A stretch of DNA of 64,000 nucleotides from Candidatus Enterenecus merdae (lineage in GTDB: Bacteria > Bacillota > Clostridia > Oscillospirales > Oscillospiraceae). The translations under genes and the position numbers were made by a program. The stretch's first letter is position 1, and every line of letters begins with the position of its first letter. Shown piece by piece: positions 11,301 to 20,800 of the stretch. The DNA is taken from NCBI GenBank assembly GCA_018716385.1, contig DVJZ01000041.1, positions 3,485 through 67,484 on the forward strand, read 5' to 3'. Below the pieces are notes generated by a model. That model worked only from the letters and a program-made list of their open reading frames with translations. It was not told where the DNA came from and made no database searches.

Positions 11301-14300
11301 TTCCCCTCATAGTCCCGGATGGGTTCCACGCTCCAGCCGTCAAATATCCATCCGGTAGCCGTGGGCTTCTGGTTGGACACAGTCTGGCCATTTCCGGCCG
11401 GAACATCCGCCACGCCACTGGGCATACCGGTTGCAAGGGTCCCAACTATCCCGGGGTCATAGGTGATGCTAAATCGCTCCTCCTCTCCATCCGGAATGCC
11501 ATCCCCATCCATATCCGGCTGATAGATGGCATAGTAAGTCATATCCTCTGTGGGAACACGGATCGGCATCGAGCCCACCTCTGCGTTCGGGTCGGTATTC
11601 CATCCCACGAAAGCCACCTTGTCCACAGAAGTGTCCAACGGTGTGTCAGGGATGTTCAGTACTCCGTTGGGCTCCTGCACCGTGACGATCTCCTTGGTTG
11701 CCCCTCCGGCAGTTGTAAACCCTCGCTCGGAATAGAAGGTGATGGTCACCTGGTTCTTATCCGGTATCCCATCGTTGTTCTCATCGGCTGCGTACTGGGC
11801 AATGTAGACGGTTGGGCCGGTGGGCACGACTGTCCCTACGTCAATGGCCGGCTGCCAAGCGATAAAAACCACGTTGTCCGTTGAGTTGTCCAGCGGCGTG
11901 GGGACATTGCTCAGTAGTCGTCCCGGCGCCTGGTAGCCCCCATCATAGGTATAGCCGCTACTTCCCGCAAAGCCATAGGCAGACGTAAAGGTGATCTGCA
12001 CATCCCACTGAGCTGTGAACGTCACATTCTGCGCCGGCATGGTGTAACTGGCCCCACTGTTTGTAGGCAGAATGTTCGGCTCCACATTCCAGCCGGCAAA
12101 CCGGTATCCGGTCGCCGTCGGCTGCTGGTTGGAAACCTGCTGGGTGGTCCCGGCCAACACATCCGTTATGCTGGAAGGCATATTGCTAGCATTGGTCCCC
12201 ACCATCCCAGGATCATAGGTGATGGTGTACTTGGTCTCCTCCGTATCCGGCGTACCATCGTTGTTCTCGTCTGGGCCGTAGATCAGTTTATAGGTGGTTG
12301 CACTGGAGGGGACTATGCTGGGTAACACGGGATCCCAACCCATCAAGGCAACGCCGTCCCCCGCCCTCTCCACACCCGTTGGATAGACCAGTGGCCCACC
12401 CGTCTTCTGCAAAGTAACAATTGTGGTCTGCCCCGCGCTCCAGTTCTGGCTTCCATGGCTAAAGGATGCAAAGCCAGCTGAGTTGCCCGTAATCGTGAAG
12501 ATGATCTCCACCTGCTCCTCATCGGGCACTCCATCTCCATTGGCATCCTCTGCCCAGGTAGCGGTGAACGTCACGTTGGATCGGGGCATCAAGAAGCCCT
12601 CCCCTGCACTGGTAGGGATTGGATTGCCCTCATAGTCCTGTGTGGGGTAGACGTTCCAACCACGGAAGACATAGCCATCCGCCTTTGGCACTATAGCAGA
12701 TACCGTCTGCGCACTACCGGGCAGCACATCCGTCCCATTGCACGGCATCCCAGTGACTGTGTCGGTTACATTTCCCGTCGCATAGATCACCATATACTTC
12801 TGTTCCTGGGCGTCAGGAATGCTGTCATTGTTCAGGTCGTCCTCGTAAATCAGCTCATAACTAGCGCCGCTGGCTGGCACTGTGCCAGGCAAATTGGGAT
12901 TCCAGCCAGACAGTGCGATGTCATCACCGGCGCTCTCCATGCCTCGGGGATAGGCCAACATCTCACCAGGCGTCTGTAGCGTCTCGATATGCGTCTCACC
13001 TTCGTCCCAGCTCTGGCTGCCTTGCCTAAAGGCCTGGAATCCAGCGGGGTTACCTGTAACTGTGAAGATGATCTTTACCTGCTGATCATCCGCCACGCCG
13101 TCCTCGTTGCTGTCTTCCGTCCACTGCGCGGTGAACATTACATCGGACCGGGGCATCAGGAAGGAAGATCCCGCAATGGTGGGAATGGCCGTACCGACGT
13201 AGTCATCCGAAGGTATCACGCTCCACCCAGTGAAAATCCATCCAGTTGCTCTGGGCTCCTCGCTTGCCACCGTTTGGCTGATTCCAGCCAGCACATCCGT
13301 CACAGGGGCAGGCAGGCCAGTGGCCCCGCTCACAGTCACGCCAGCAGAATAGGTAACGGTGTACTTGATCTCCTTCATGTCCGGCGTGCCGTCGTTGTTC
13401 TCATCCACTCCATACTCCAGATTGTAGGTAGTAGGATCCTTCGGCACCACGCTGCTGACTGTAATATCGGGATTCCATCCCACCAGCGCAATGTTATCGT
13501 TGGCATCCTCAACGCCACTCGGATAGACCAGCAATTCACCAGGCGTCTGTAGCGTCTCGATGCTCACCTCCCCTTCACTCCAGTTCTGGCTACCATGGCT
13601 AAAGGCCTGGAACCCAGAAGCGTTACCTGTAACCGTGAAGGTAATCTCCACCTGCTGATCATCCGCCACACCGTCCCCGTTGCTGTCTTCTGTCCACTGT
13701 GCAGTGAATGTCACATCAGACCGAGGCATCAGGAAGCTCCCACCACCATCAGTAGGCATCGGGTTATTGGCATAGTCCTCAGCAGGCATCACACTCCACC
13801 CAGTGAAAATCCATCCAGGCGCCGTAGGCTTGGTGGTACTCACTCTCTGACTGCTGCCAGCCAGCAGACCCGTCTCGTCAGTCGGCATCCCAGCTACGCC
13901 GGTGACGCTACCATCGGAGTAGGCGATGTCATACTTGGTCTCTCCTCTGTCCGGTGTGTTGTCGTTGTTCTCGTCCGCGCTATAGGTCAGGATATAAGCT
14001 GTGTCCACCTTAGGAACATCAGTAGACAGCACGGGTGTCCACCCCTCAGAGGCGATATTGTCTCCAGTGCGCTCTACGCCCTGAGGATAGGCCAACGTAT
14101 CACCAGGTGTTTGCAGCGTCTCAATCTGTGTCTCCCCCTCGTTCCAGCTCTGACTCCCGTGCCTAAAGGTTTGGAACCCCGATGGATTTCCCGCGATCGT
14201 AAACGTGATGCGCACCTGGCTTCCATCTGCAACCCCGTCATTGTTATCGTCTCTCACATACACAGCCCCATAGGTAGTGGGTTCATTAGGCACCAACGTC

Positions 14301-16558
14301 CCACCTGGGTTGATGGCGGGGCTCCATCCATGGAACACCACACCATCATCGTTGCTGTCCACAGGTGTGGGGATGTTGTCCAGTGTATCCCCTGGCGTCT
14401 GGTATCCACCGTCATAGAGATTCGGGTCACTCTCTCCCACAAATCCAGCGCTGGAAAAGAACGTGATCTGCACATCCCACTGGGCCGTAAATATCACATC
14501 CTCAGCAGGCATGTCATATCTCTCCCCCGCAGTAGTAGGCAGGGTGCTCAGCTCCACGCTCCAACCAGTAAACTGATAGCCATCCGCAGTGGGTCTGTCA
14601 GAAGTCACAACCATGGGCTGCCCTGCTACCAGATCCGTCTCGTCCGTGGGCATGCCCGCCAAACTGGCAACTCCCTCGGCAATTCCAGCGTCGTAGGTAA
14701 CGCTGTACTTGGTCTCTCCAATATCCGGATTCCCATCGTTGTTTAGATCTGGCCCATAGGTTAAGATATAAGTCGTGTCTCGGTCTGGCACCACAGTACT
14801 GGCCGTGATATCAGGTGTCCACCCTACCAACGCGATGTTATCACCTATGCGCTCTACGCCCTGAGGATAAGTCAGCGTCTCACCAGGCGTCTGTAAGGTT
14901 AGAATCGGCGTGGTTGTACCCGCAGCCCAGCTCTGGCTGCCATGTGTGAAGGTGTTAAACCCGTTGGCATTGCCGTTGATCTCAAAGGCAATGATCACCT
15001 GTTGGTCATCCCGTACCCCGTCATTATTCGTATCAGCTGCCCATTGGGCCGTAAAGGTCACGTTGGCCAGCGGCATGGCATAGCTGGCCCCGCCCGTGGT
15101 GGGCATGGCCGTTCCATCATAGTCCGTGGAGGGACTCACCGCCCAGCCGTCAAAGATCCAGCCGGTGGAGACGGGCCGCTCACTGGCTACGACCTGGGAA
15201 GATCCGGCTACAACCGACACTACGTTGGCAGGCATACCAGTGGCTTCAGTTACCGTACCCATCAGGTAAGTGATGGAGAAATGCTCCTCTCCGTCCGGGA
15301 TATCGTTGTTGTTGCGATCGTCCTCCCAATGTGCCGTGAACACCACATCCTGGTTTGGCATCTGGAACCTCCCACCTGCGGTAACCGGGATGGAGCTACT
15401 GTCAAAATCCAAAGCTGGGTCCACCGTCCAATGACTGAACACATGGTTGGTAGCCGTTGGGATGATCGTAGTCACTGTCTGGGTGGTGTCAGGCAGCAGG
15501 CTGCTCACCGCAGAAGGCATAAATGCTCCCATGATTCCCCCGTTATCATAGATGATGGAATACTTGGTTTCAGCACTATCATCCACCCCATTCCCATTGA
15601 CATCTGGGGCCCACTGGGCGGTAAACACTACATCCTGATTTGGCATGGTGTAACTCTGTCCCGGTGTGGTTGGCACCACGGATGGGGTGACGCCCCATCC
15701 GGTGAATACATACCCAGACGCAACCGGCACGTTGGTGGGCACTGTCTGGGAAGTACCTGCCAGGGCCTCCGTCATATTGGTAGGCATATTGCTGGCAGAT
15801 CCAACCATTCCCACCTTATATGTAATGGAGAACGTCTCATCTTCGTCTGGGATATCATTATTGTTGACGTCCCGGGCCCACTGAGCGGTAAACACTACAT
15901 CCTGGTTTGGCATGGTGTAACTCTGCCCCGGTGTGGTTGGTACCACGGACGGGGTAACGCTCCATCCGGTGAATACATATCCAGACGCAGTAGGCCGGGT
16001 ACTGGACACCCTCTGCTGATATCCCACGTTAGCCCAGCTCACATCGCTGGGCATATTACTAGCAGTCCCCACTGTACCTGACAAGTAGGTGATGGAATAT
16101 GCGCCATAGTAAATCCGAATGGATTCCACACCTTTGCTCCAGGTAATCCCGTTATAGCTATGCCCCCCATCTGGAGTAGTGCCCATGACATAGCCCACAT
16201 TGCGTTCAGTAATGCTTGGTCTGTTTGGCCAACTATTGCTGCCAGCGTAGTAGCCCTCCACTGCAGGCGCCCCGTCCACATTTGATTTTGGAACTGGGTA
16301 GTTTTCATCAAAAAGCACCAATTTCTCTATACCATAATCAGTGGTAACTAAATAGTATGGGATTTGGACCTCCATATAATCGGTTGGCCCTCCCACATAA
16401 CCGTATGGGTAGGTGTAGATGATATGACCGTCAATGATTCCGTCATCCAATCCATCTGTGGACGCATTCGAAGGCGGAGTCAAAGCACATACGGCCCCGA
16501 TGGCCACTATCAGGGCCAACAAAAAACTACCCAAAATCTCCTGCACCCGTTTCCTCAT
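8393..16558 (-). CDS. Giant secreted repeat protein (2721 aa). Signal peptide, InlB-B-like repeats joined by Dx[DN]xDG-type motifs, cadherin-like + DUF5018-like + Ig-like C-terminal modules; no recognisable anchor
   Basis: Signal peptide MRKRVQEILGSFLLALIVAIGAVCALTPPSNA. Repeats PTA.GY.F.GW.V...VVFTAQW. About 21 D-x-N/D-x-D/N-G/D/N/S-x-x-D motifs. The DUF5018-like segment is IKVVMPIGTDLSCLEPIVTHSGAKLTPSTGIVQDFTKPVIYTVRAED. The tail is aberrant (…WRRWLCRRCEA). Confidence 0.85.
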   Translation of the reverse strand: MRKRVQEILGSFLLALIVAIGAVCALTPPSNASTDGLDDGIIDGHIIYTYPYGYVGGPTDYMEVQIPYYLVTTDYGIEKLVLFDENYPVPKSNVDGAPAVEGYYAGSNSWPNRPSITERNVGYVMGTTPDGGHSYNGITWSKGVESIRIYYGAYSITYLSGTVGTASNMPSDVSWANVGYQQRVSSTRPTASGYVFTGWSVTPSVVPTTPGQSYTMPNQDVVFTAQWARDVNNNDIPDEDETFSITYKVGMVGSASNMPTNMTEALAGTSQTVPTNVPVASGYVFTGWGVTPSVVPTTPGQSYTMPNQDVVFTAQWAPDVNGNGVDDSAETKYSIIYDNGGIMGAFMPSAVSSLLPDTTQTVTTIIPTATNHVFSHWTVDPALDFDSSSIPVTAGGRFQMPNQDVVFTAHWEDDRNNNDIPDGEEHFSITYLMGTVTEATGMPANVVSVVAGSSQVVASERPVSTGWIFDGWAVSPSTDYDGTAMPTTGGASYAMPLANVTFTAQWAADTNNDGVRDDQQVIIAFEINGNANGFNTFTHGSQSWAAGTTTPILTLQTPGETLTYPQGVERIGDNIALVGWTPDITASTVVPDRDTTYILTYGPDLNNDGNPDIGETKYSVTYDAGIAEGVASLAGMPTDETDLVAGQPMVVTSDRPTADGYQFTGWSVELSTLPTTAGERYDMPAEDVIFTAQWDVQITFFSSAGFVGESDPNLYDGGYQTPGDTLDNIPTPVDSNDDGVVFHGWSPAINPGGTLVPNEPTTYGAVYVRDDNNDGVADGSQVRITFTIAGNPSGFQTFRHGSQSWNEGETQIETLQTPGDTLAYPQGVERTGDNIASEGWTPVLSTDVPKVDTAYILTYSADENNDNTPDRGETKYDIAYSDGSVTGVAGMPTDETGLLAGSSQRVSTTKPTAPGWIFTGWSVMPAEDYANNPMPTDGGGSFLMPRSDVTFTAQWTEDSNGDGVADDQQVEITFTVTGNASGFQAFSHGSQNWSEGEVSIETLQTPGELLVYPSGVEDANDNIALVGWNPDITVSSVVPKDPTTYNLEYGVDENNDGTPDMKEIKYTVTYSAGVTVSGATGLPAPVTDVLAGISQTVASEEPRATGWIFTGWSVIPSDDYVGTAIPTIAGSSFLMPRSDVMFTAQWTEDSNEDGVADDQQVKIIFTVTGNPAGFQAFRQGSQSWDEGETHIETLQTPGEMLAYPRGMESAGDDIALSGWNPNLPGTVPASGASYELIYEDDLNNDSIPDAQEQKYMVIYATGNVTDTVTGMPCNGTDVLPGSAQTVSAIVPKADGYVFRGWNVYPTQDYEGNPIPTSAGEGFLMPRSNVTFTATWAEDANGDGVPDEEQVEIIFTITGNSAGFASFSHGSQNWSAGQTTIVTLQKTGGPLVYPTGVERAGDGVALMGWDPVLPSIVPSSATTYKLIYGPDENNDGTPDTEETKYTITYDPGMVGTNASNMPSSITDVLAGTTQQVSNQQPTATGYRFAGWNVEPNILPTNSGASYTMPAQNVTFTAQWDVQITFTSAYGFAGSSGYTYDGGYQAPGRLLSNVPTPLDNSTDNVVFIAWQPAIDVGTVVPTGPTVYIAQYAADENNDGIPDKNQVTITFYSERGFTTAGGATKEIVTVQEPNGVLNIPDTPLDTSVDKVAFVGWNTDPNAEVGSMPIRVPTEDMTYYAIYQPDMDGDGIPDGEEERFSITYDPGIVGTLATGMPSGVADVPAGNGQTVSNQKPTATGWIFDGWSVEPIRDYEGNPIPISGSSIFRMPEANVTFTALWVEDANGDGVSDEEQVEITFTITGNLNGFEAFTNGAQSWPAGKETLVTIQEAGEIMAAPTGVESANDNIALIGWSPALPRTVPESAAIYTLSYGPDEDNDNRPDLEESKYAVTYDAGAAAGASDLSGMPTDQTGLVEGQTVTVGGSTPTASGYQFIGWSVNVSGLPITDGAKFTMPEEDVVFTAQWKVGITFESGRGFEEGNSPYGPIYQTSGELLTSIPTPVDTDRDNVVFTGWQPSIEEGITAVPNEATTYVAQYEADANNDGRPDGEETTYSITYAPGIAGASVIGLPTDVTDLLPGSSQTMTGITPSATGYIFRGWTVFPQTDYDRKPISTVAGSSFGMPERDVIFTARWSEDSDEDGIRDDQQVEITFTITGNSAGFQAFALSGSSDGATTIVTRQEIGRPLQAPAGRESANDGIALVGWDPALPSTVPESAATYELFYGTDGNNNDTPDDQEVMYHISYEAGVAANAKGIPDSVTGLLAGSNQQVASTVPTADGWIFNGWRVNVIGLATTPGASFTMPARNVVFTAQWSEDSNGDGVRDDQQVEIAFVSSVGLIDEMGAHVSGSIVTLQTPRDPLQAPEIWESVGDGVTIHDWSTDPNDGMGSDLTGELVPNTDTTYYAIVTHDPQATQKTRSGTATMASTDGYRPGQDYSADISDWFTDADTTNLTYGVSSISGSGNATLTGDTIVYTPDASDVGRVVTLEVTAEDGSATASVVVEITVIQEADRSGSKQIIDFVIYGQIGRSDIDHVAGDIKVVMPIGTDLSCLEPIVTHSGAKLTPSTGIVQDFTKPVIYTVRAEDDTTKTYTVTVHIMSYVNGLREIIPPPSSISLTQAYDRVSIVENKALPCTTLAQMGDGSTFNIQLVWRLKSGEIFTNAPGASNTYVWTAIVPDYMEFVGVTLTGETKVINAYTSTRITSTNDVAHPALGPSWRRWLCRRCEA

Positions 16559-16668
16559 GAGAGCATCCTCCCTTTCCGACTTTTCACCCCAGGCTCAGAA
16601 ATGGAAGCTACCGTTCTTCCGCATGGAAAGGTGGCCATTTCACATTCCTGAAACTATGTAGTGCTCCC

Positions 16669-16677
16669 ATTATATCA
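16669..16677 (-). promoter_or_regulatory. Extended -10 promoter element for the 2721-aa gene
   Basis: Minus strand reads TGaTATAAT, preceded by an AT-rich tract, about 110 bp upstream of the ATG. Confidence 0.5.
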
Positions 16678-16836
16678 AAGCTATTTATCGTTTATAATTA
16701 GTTTTTGTCATAATTTTCTTTTTTATAAAACAACCTGGATCCGCCACTTTCCGCCTTGTTCCATCATATCCTCCGCTCCAGCCTTCACCCTCCCCTTCAC
16801 CGACGACTTACACTCCTGCCTTCTATCCAAAGCAAA

Positions 16837-16875
16837 GCGCCCTGGCGGGATCCTCCTCAGATCCTGCCAGGGCGC
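16837..16875 (-). terminator. Hairpin downstream of the RibD-like gene
   Basis: 16-bp stem gcgccctggcgggatc / gatcctgccagggcgc with one mismatch, just after the stop at 16890. Confidence 0.6.
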
Positions 16876-16889
16876 GCCGCCATCCCGCC

Positions 16890-17582
16890 TCATGCCTTAT
16901 AACGGATGACCAGTCCGTTGCCTGGGATCGGTCGGGCCTCCTTCAGCTTGAAATACCGGGGGAAGCCGGTGGTATCCTCCGATCCGGCAAAAGTCAGTCC
17001 CTCCCGGTTACCAGCCACTGCCGGCCCGATCACCAGGCTGATCTCATCCACCAAGCCCCGGCGCAGAAACTCCCCGTTGATCTGAGCCCCGCCACACAGC
17101 ACGAACCGATCCACATGATAGTCCCGTTTCAGCTTTTGCAGGAACAGCTCCGGATCAAACTCCTGCTTGCCCGCAAACAGGTAAGGGACGCCCAGCTGAT
17201 CCAGATAGGCCAGAAACTCCGGCTTCACCTGCTCGGTGATCACCTCCAGCAGCAGGTTGTCCACCCCGGCGTAGTTTGTCCGGTTGCTCTCCCAGCGCAG
17301 CTTACCATAGCGGTCAAAGGCCACGCATAGGTGCTCCCCCTCCGGTGGCTGAATCACCTTGTCCTGATAGGTCACCCGCACCCCCTGATACTTAGAAAAG
17401 TCCACGGGGATATCCTCCTGGAAGGTAGCCCGTCCACACCCCCAGGCCAGGCCATACTCCATGACCAGCCGGTCGTACTCATCCCCTGCTTTTTCATAGT
17501 CCTCATTTCCATCAAAGTCGATGACGATCTTTCCGTCAATGGTGGTCATCATGTGGCAGATCACTTTGGCTCGATCCTGCAT
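16890..17582 (-). CDS. RibD C-terminal / dihydrofolate-reductase-fold protein
   Basis: Motifs VICHMMTTIDGKI, VAFDRYGKLRW, and VLCGGAQINGEFLRRGLVDEISLVIGP. RBS AGAAAGGAG. Confidence 0.8.
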   Translation of the reverse strand: MQDRAKVICHMMTTIDGKIVIDFDGNEDYEKAGDEYDRLVMEYGLAWGCGRATFQEDIPVDFSKYQGVRVTYQDKVIQPPEGEHLCVAFDRYGKLRWESNRTNYAGVDNLLLEVITEQVKPEFLAYLDQLGVPYLFAGKQEFDPELFLQKLKRDYHVDRFVLCGGAQINGEFLRRGLVDEISLVIGPAVAGNREGLTFAGSEDTTGFPRYFKLKEARPIPGNGLVIRYKA

Positions 17583-17763
17583 GGGAATGCTCCTTTCTCA
17601 ACTGTACCGGGCCATGCACCATCTTGCGAACCCATGGTCCACCAGACTCCATGCCCTGTTTTCCGATGCCTTTCCTATTTCAGATGGCAAAAGTCTCCCA
17701 ATGCCTTCTCTCTTATCTCCCGGCAGCGCGCCCGTGCCCGGGTGCAGACCCCAAGGTGGGCTT

Positions 17764-17792
17764 AGTGTAGCACAAGAGTTCCCAAGCGTCAA
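17764..17792 (-). promoter_or_regulatory. Sigma-A-type promoter for the RibD-like gene
   Basis: Minus strand TTGACG-N17-TACACT. Confidence 0.6.
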
Positions 17793-17829
17793 TCTCCTGT
17801 GCCTCTGTCGGCCTCTTCCTCCTGGAATC

Positions 17830-17865
17830 GGGAAAGGACACGGCCGATGGGCCGTGTCCTTTCCC
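17830..17865 (-). terminator. Terminator hairpin after the split SLH gene
   Basis: Perfect 16-bp stem gggaaaggacacggcc / ggccgtgtcctttccc with a 4-nt loop. Confidence 0.75.
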
Positions 17866-17884
17866 CTGGCATTGCCCCAGGCCA

Positions 17885-20800
17885 TCACGCCGTGGGTCGA
17901 ATACCAGTCCACACCTCTTTCCCATTCACCCGTTCAAAGGTGTGGGAATTGGTGGCCTCCACAACATCGTAGTAGGCCCAGTTGCTCGGATCGTTATCGA
18001 TGAAGCGCACCACCAGACTGTTTGCGTTGGCGTCAATGTAGCTCTGATCCGCCATCCGGCCCAGCATCCGGTTGGCGATGGCCGTCACCTCCGCCCGGGT
18101 GATGGTTGCCATAGGGGCAAAGATCCCGCCCCCATACCCCTCAATCCAGCCGTGCTCCACTGCCCCCAGCACCGCAGCGTAGAACCAGTCGCTAGGACTG
18201 ACGTCGGTAAAGATGTCCTCCCCCTCGATCCATAGGTCAGTGAAACGCATGGCGATGGCCGTGAACTCCGCTCGGGTGATCGTTGCGTTGGGGGCAAACA
18301 CCCCGTCCCCATACCCCTCCAGGATCCCCAGGCTGGCCAGTGTGTTCACCGCCTGGGCATACCATTGGCCAGCGTCTACGTCGTCAAAGCGCACCGTGAT
18401 GTCCACATCCTTGTCCAGCAGCAGGTTGTAGAACATCTGGGCCACCTCCGCCCGGGTCATGTTGGCCGAAGGGGCAAACTGTTCCCCATAGCCCCGCAGG
18501 TAGGCGTTGTGGTTGACGGTGTCCAGCCAGTCGGACACCCCAGTGTCATCCGGATCGGCCAGTCCAGACTCCGTCTGGAAGATAGCCGTGATGGTGTGAT
18601 TGTCCATTACATCTGTAAAGGTATATCCACTCACACTTCCTACACTGATCCCATCCACCAGCACCTGGTCAATCTCATACCCCGTCTCGGCAGCGATGGT
18701 GAAGCTCTGGCTTCCTCCCGCTGGCACGGCGACCGTGCCGGAGGGCGTGATAGACCCGCCCTGTCCCGCCGAGGCGGTGATGATATAGGAGTCGCCTTCC
18801 CCAGGCTGCCCGCCAGGGCTCTCCCCAGGATCCGGGTCAGGGTCTACCTCTCCCCCACCGTCCCCGGGCTCTTCCTCCAGGGTGTAGCTAGCCTGCACTG
18901 TAACGTCCTCCGCCGGCATGGGGAAGGTGGTGGTGACGCTGTCCTGGTTTGCCAAGACGGCTCCACCAGACACCACCGTCCAACCGTCAAATTGGTATCC
19001 CGTCGGAGCGGCCTCCGCCACAATGGTGACGGTGTCCCCCGGGGCGTAGCTGCCGCTCCCTGTACCATTCAGCACCGTCACGGTGTAGCGCTCACTCATC
19101 TCTACAGTGCGCACCGTCACCCGGTAGGTTCGCTGGGCCCCGCTCTGCGCCCACACTGTATAGAGGATCGGGTTAGCCTCCGAGTCGGTGAAGTCCTAGA
19201 CGATCCCTGAGTTTGGCAACATGGACACCCCATTGTGGGTGATGATAGGCTGCAGGAGGCTTAGGTCGGAACCGTAGGGCATCACCACCTCAATGATTCC
19301 TTCGTTGTCGCTGATTGCGTCGTGCTCAATGCGGGAGATCCCGATCTGCCCGTGGATGACAAAGGCGGTGATCTCGTTGGCAGTGCTCAGATCCGCCTCC
19401 TGAGTAACGGTGATCCGCACCGTCACATCTGTCTGGCCCAGTCCGTTATCGGCAGTGACCGTGAGGATTGCCACCCTCCCCACGTCCGCCAGAACCGGGA
19501 TATAGGTCAGGATATTGCCCGATACCTGGACCGATCCGGATCCATCGTCCACCCGGGCTGTGTAGCTCAAGGTCCCCCCTTGGGGATCGGTAAACCAGCC
19601 CGACAGGTCCGCGGTGTAAGGAACCCCGGGGGTCAATCCATCCTGAGAAGTAACACTAGCCACCCCATACCTGACTGGCTCCCCCACCACCTCCGGGGGC
19701 TGTGCCGACGCGGAGGCGGTGATGGAAATCTGGCCAGTGACGGCAGGAATGGTCACCCTGGCGCTGCCGTCCGCCTGGATGCTCACCGTACCGGTCACCG
19801 TAGCGCCGCCCATGGACACCGCAATCCCTGACGTATCCAGGACATACCCCTCCACAGGGGACAGGGTCACAGAGAAGCTCTCCCCATGCTGGGCCACGGT
19901 GGGCCGATCGGTGGCTGCGGCAATCTGGGTCAGCGTATAGGTCACGTCATAGATCCAGATGGCCTTCAGGGTATGAACCGACGCGGGAACGCTGTCCCCC
20001 GGCTGATAGGTGTCGCCATTCTCATCCTCCCAATGGCTGAAGCGGGCATCCGCGTTGGGGCCGGAGAACTGGTCCACACTGGGAGCCTCGTAGGCTTGTC
20101 CGCTCATCACCACCAGATCCAAGCTCTGGATCGGGCTCATATTGAAGTAAGGGTAATAGTAGTCCTCATGGACGTCCAGGCTGCCCTCGTTCAGATCCAG
20201 ACTCACCACGTGGAAGTCCGCCTCCCCGGTGGTGGCAGGCACCTCCAATACCGGCCGGAAGGCTATCTCAGGATTGATCGGATTGCCATAGCCGGTGAAG
20301 GAGGCCGCCCAAATCGCGGCAAAGGGCCGCCATGCACCATGGAACATCCGCCCATTCCCACTCGTGACGAAGTCAGCACTGTCCTGCATCGCGGAATAGT
20401 CCGTATAGTAGTGCTTGATGGCCCTCATGTTCATCAGCACCGCCCACTCGTTGTTCGTGGGGGTAGTGGGAGTTCCCGATACGCTACTGCTGACCTGGCT
20501 TCCCCCAGTCATGGAGCGGATGGTGTAGTTCAGCCCCCGATAGGCGTAGGGTGTGCCGAAGATCAGCCCCGCGGCATGGTAGTCGTTCCAGCTGGCGCTG
20601 CGGGTGACGTTGAACTCTGAGACGAATACTCGGTGGTCGTAAGTATAGCCGTAGGTGGCAGTGGAATCAGTTGTAGCACTGGCCGCGTCCGACGCTGCGG
20701 ATACACCAGCCGCGTTCTCATTGAGCACATAGGCGTTGATCTCCCCGGCATAGGTGAAGGGCACCCAGTGCAAGGTCTGATCCGGGAGGGGCGGGGTGCG

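Noticed and set aside
16559-16668. c-di-GMP riboswitch upstream of the adhesin genes (also checked 21014-21170)
   Set aside because: No GEMM-I (GGCAAAC/GACGCAAAGC) or class II signatures were found.
6950-18560. Inverted SLH-coding paralogs as a possible invertible (shufflon-like) segment
   Set aside because: The two SLH regions differ at many synonymous positions, there are no short perfect inverted recombination sites, and the only recombinase nearby is dead.
19196-19198. Pyrrolysine or alternative genetic code explanation for the TAG
   Set aside because: No pyl genes are in the window, TAG terminates TetR and murF normally, and the paralog has Gln at this position. Not fully excluded without the whole genome.
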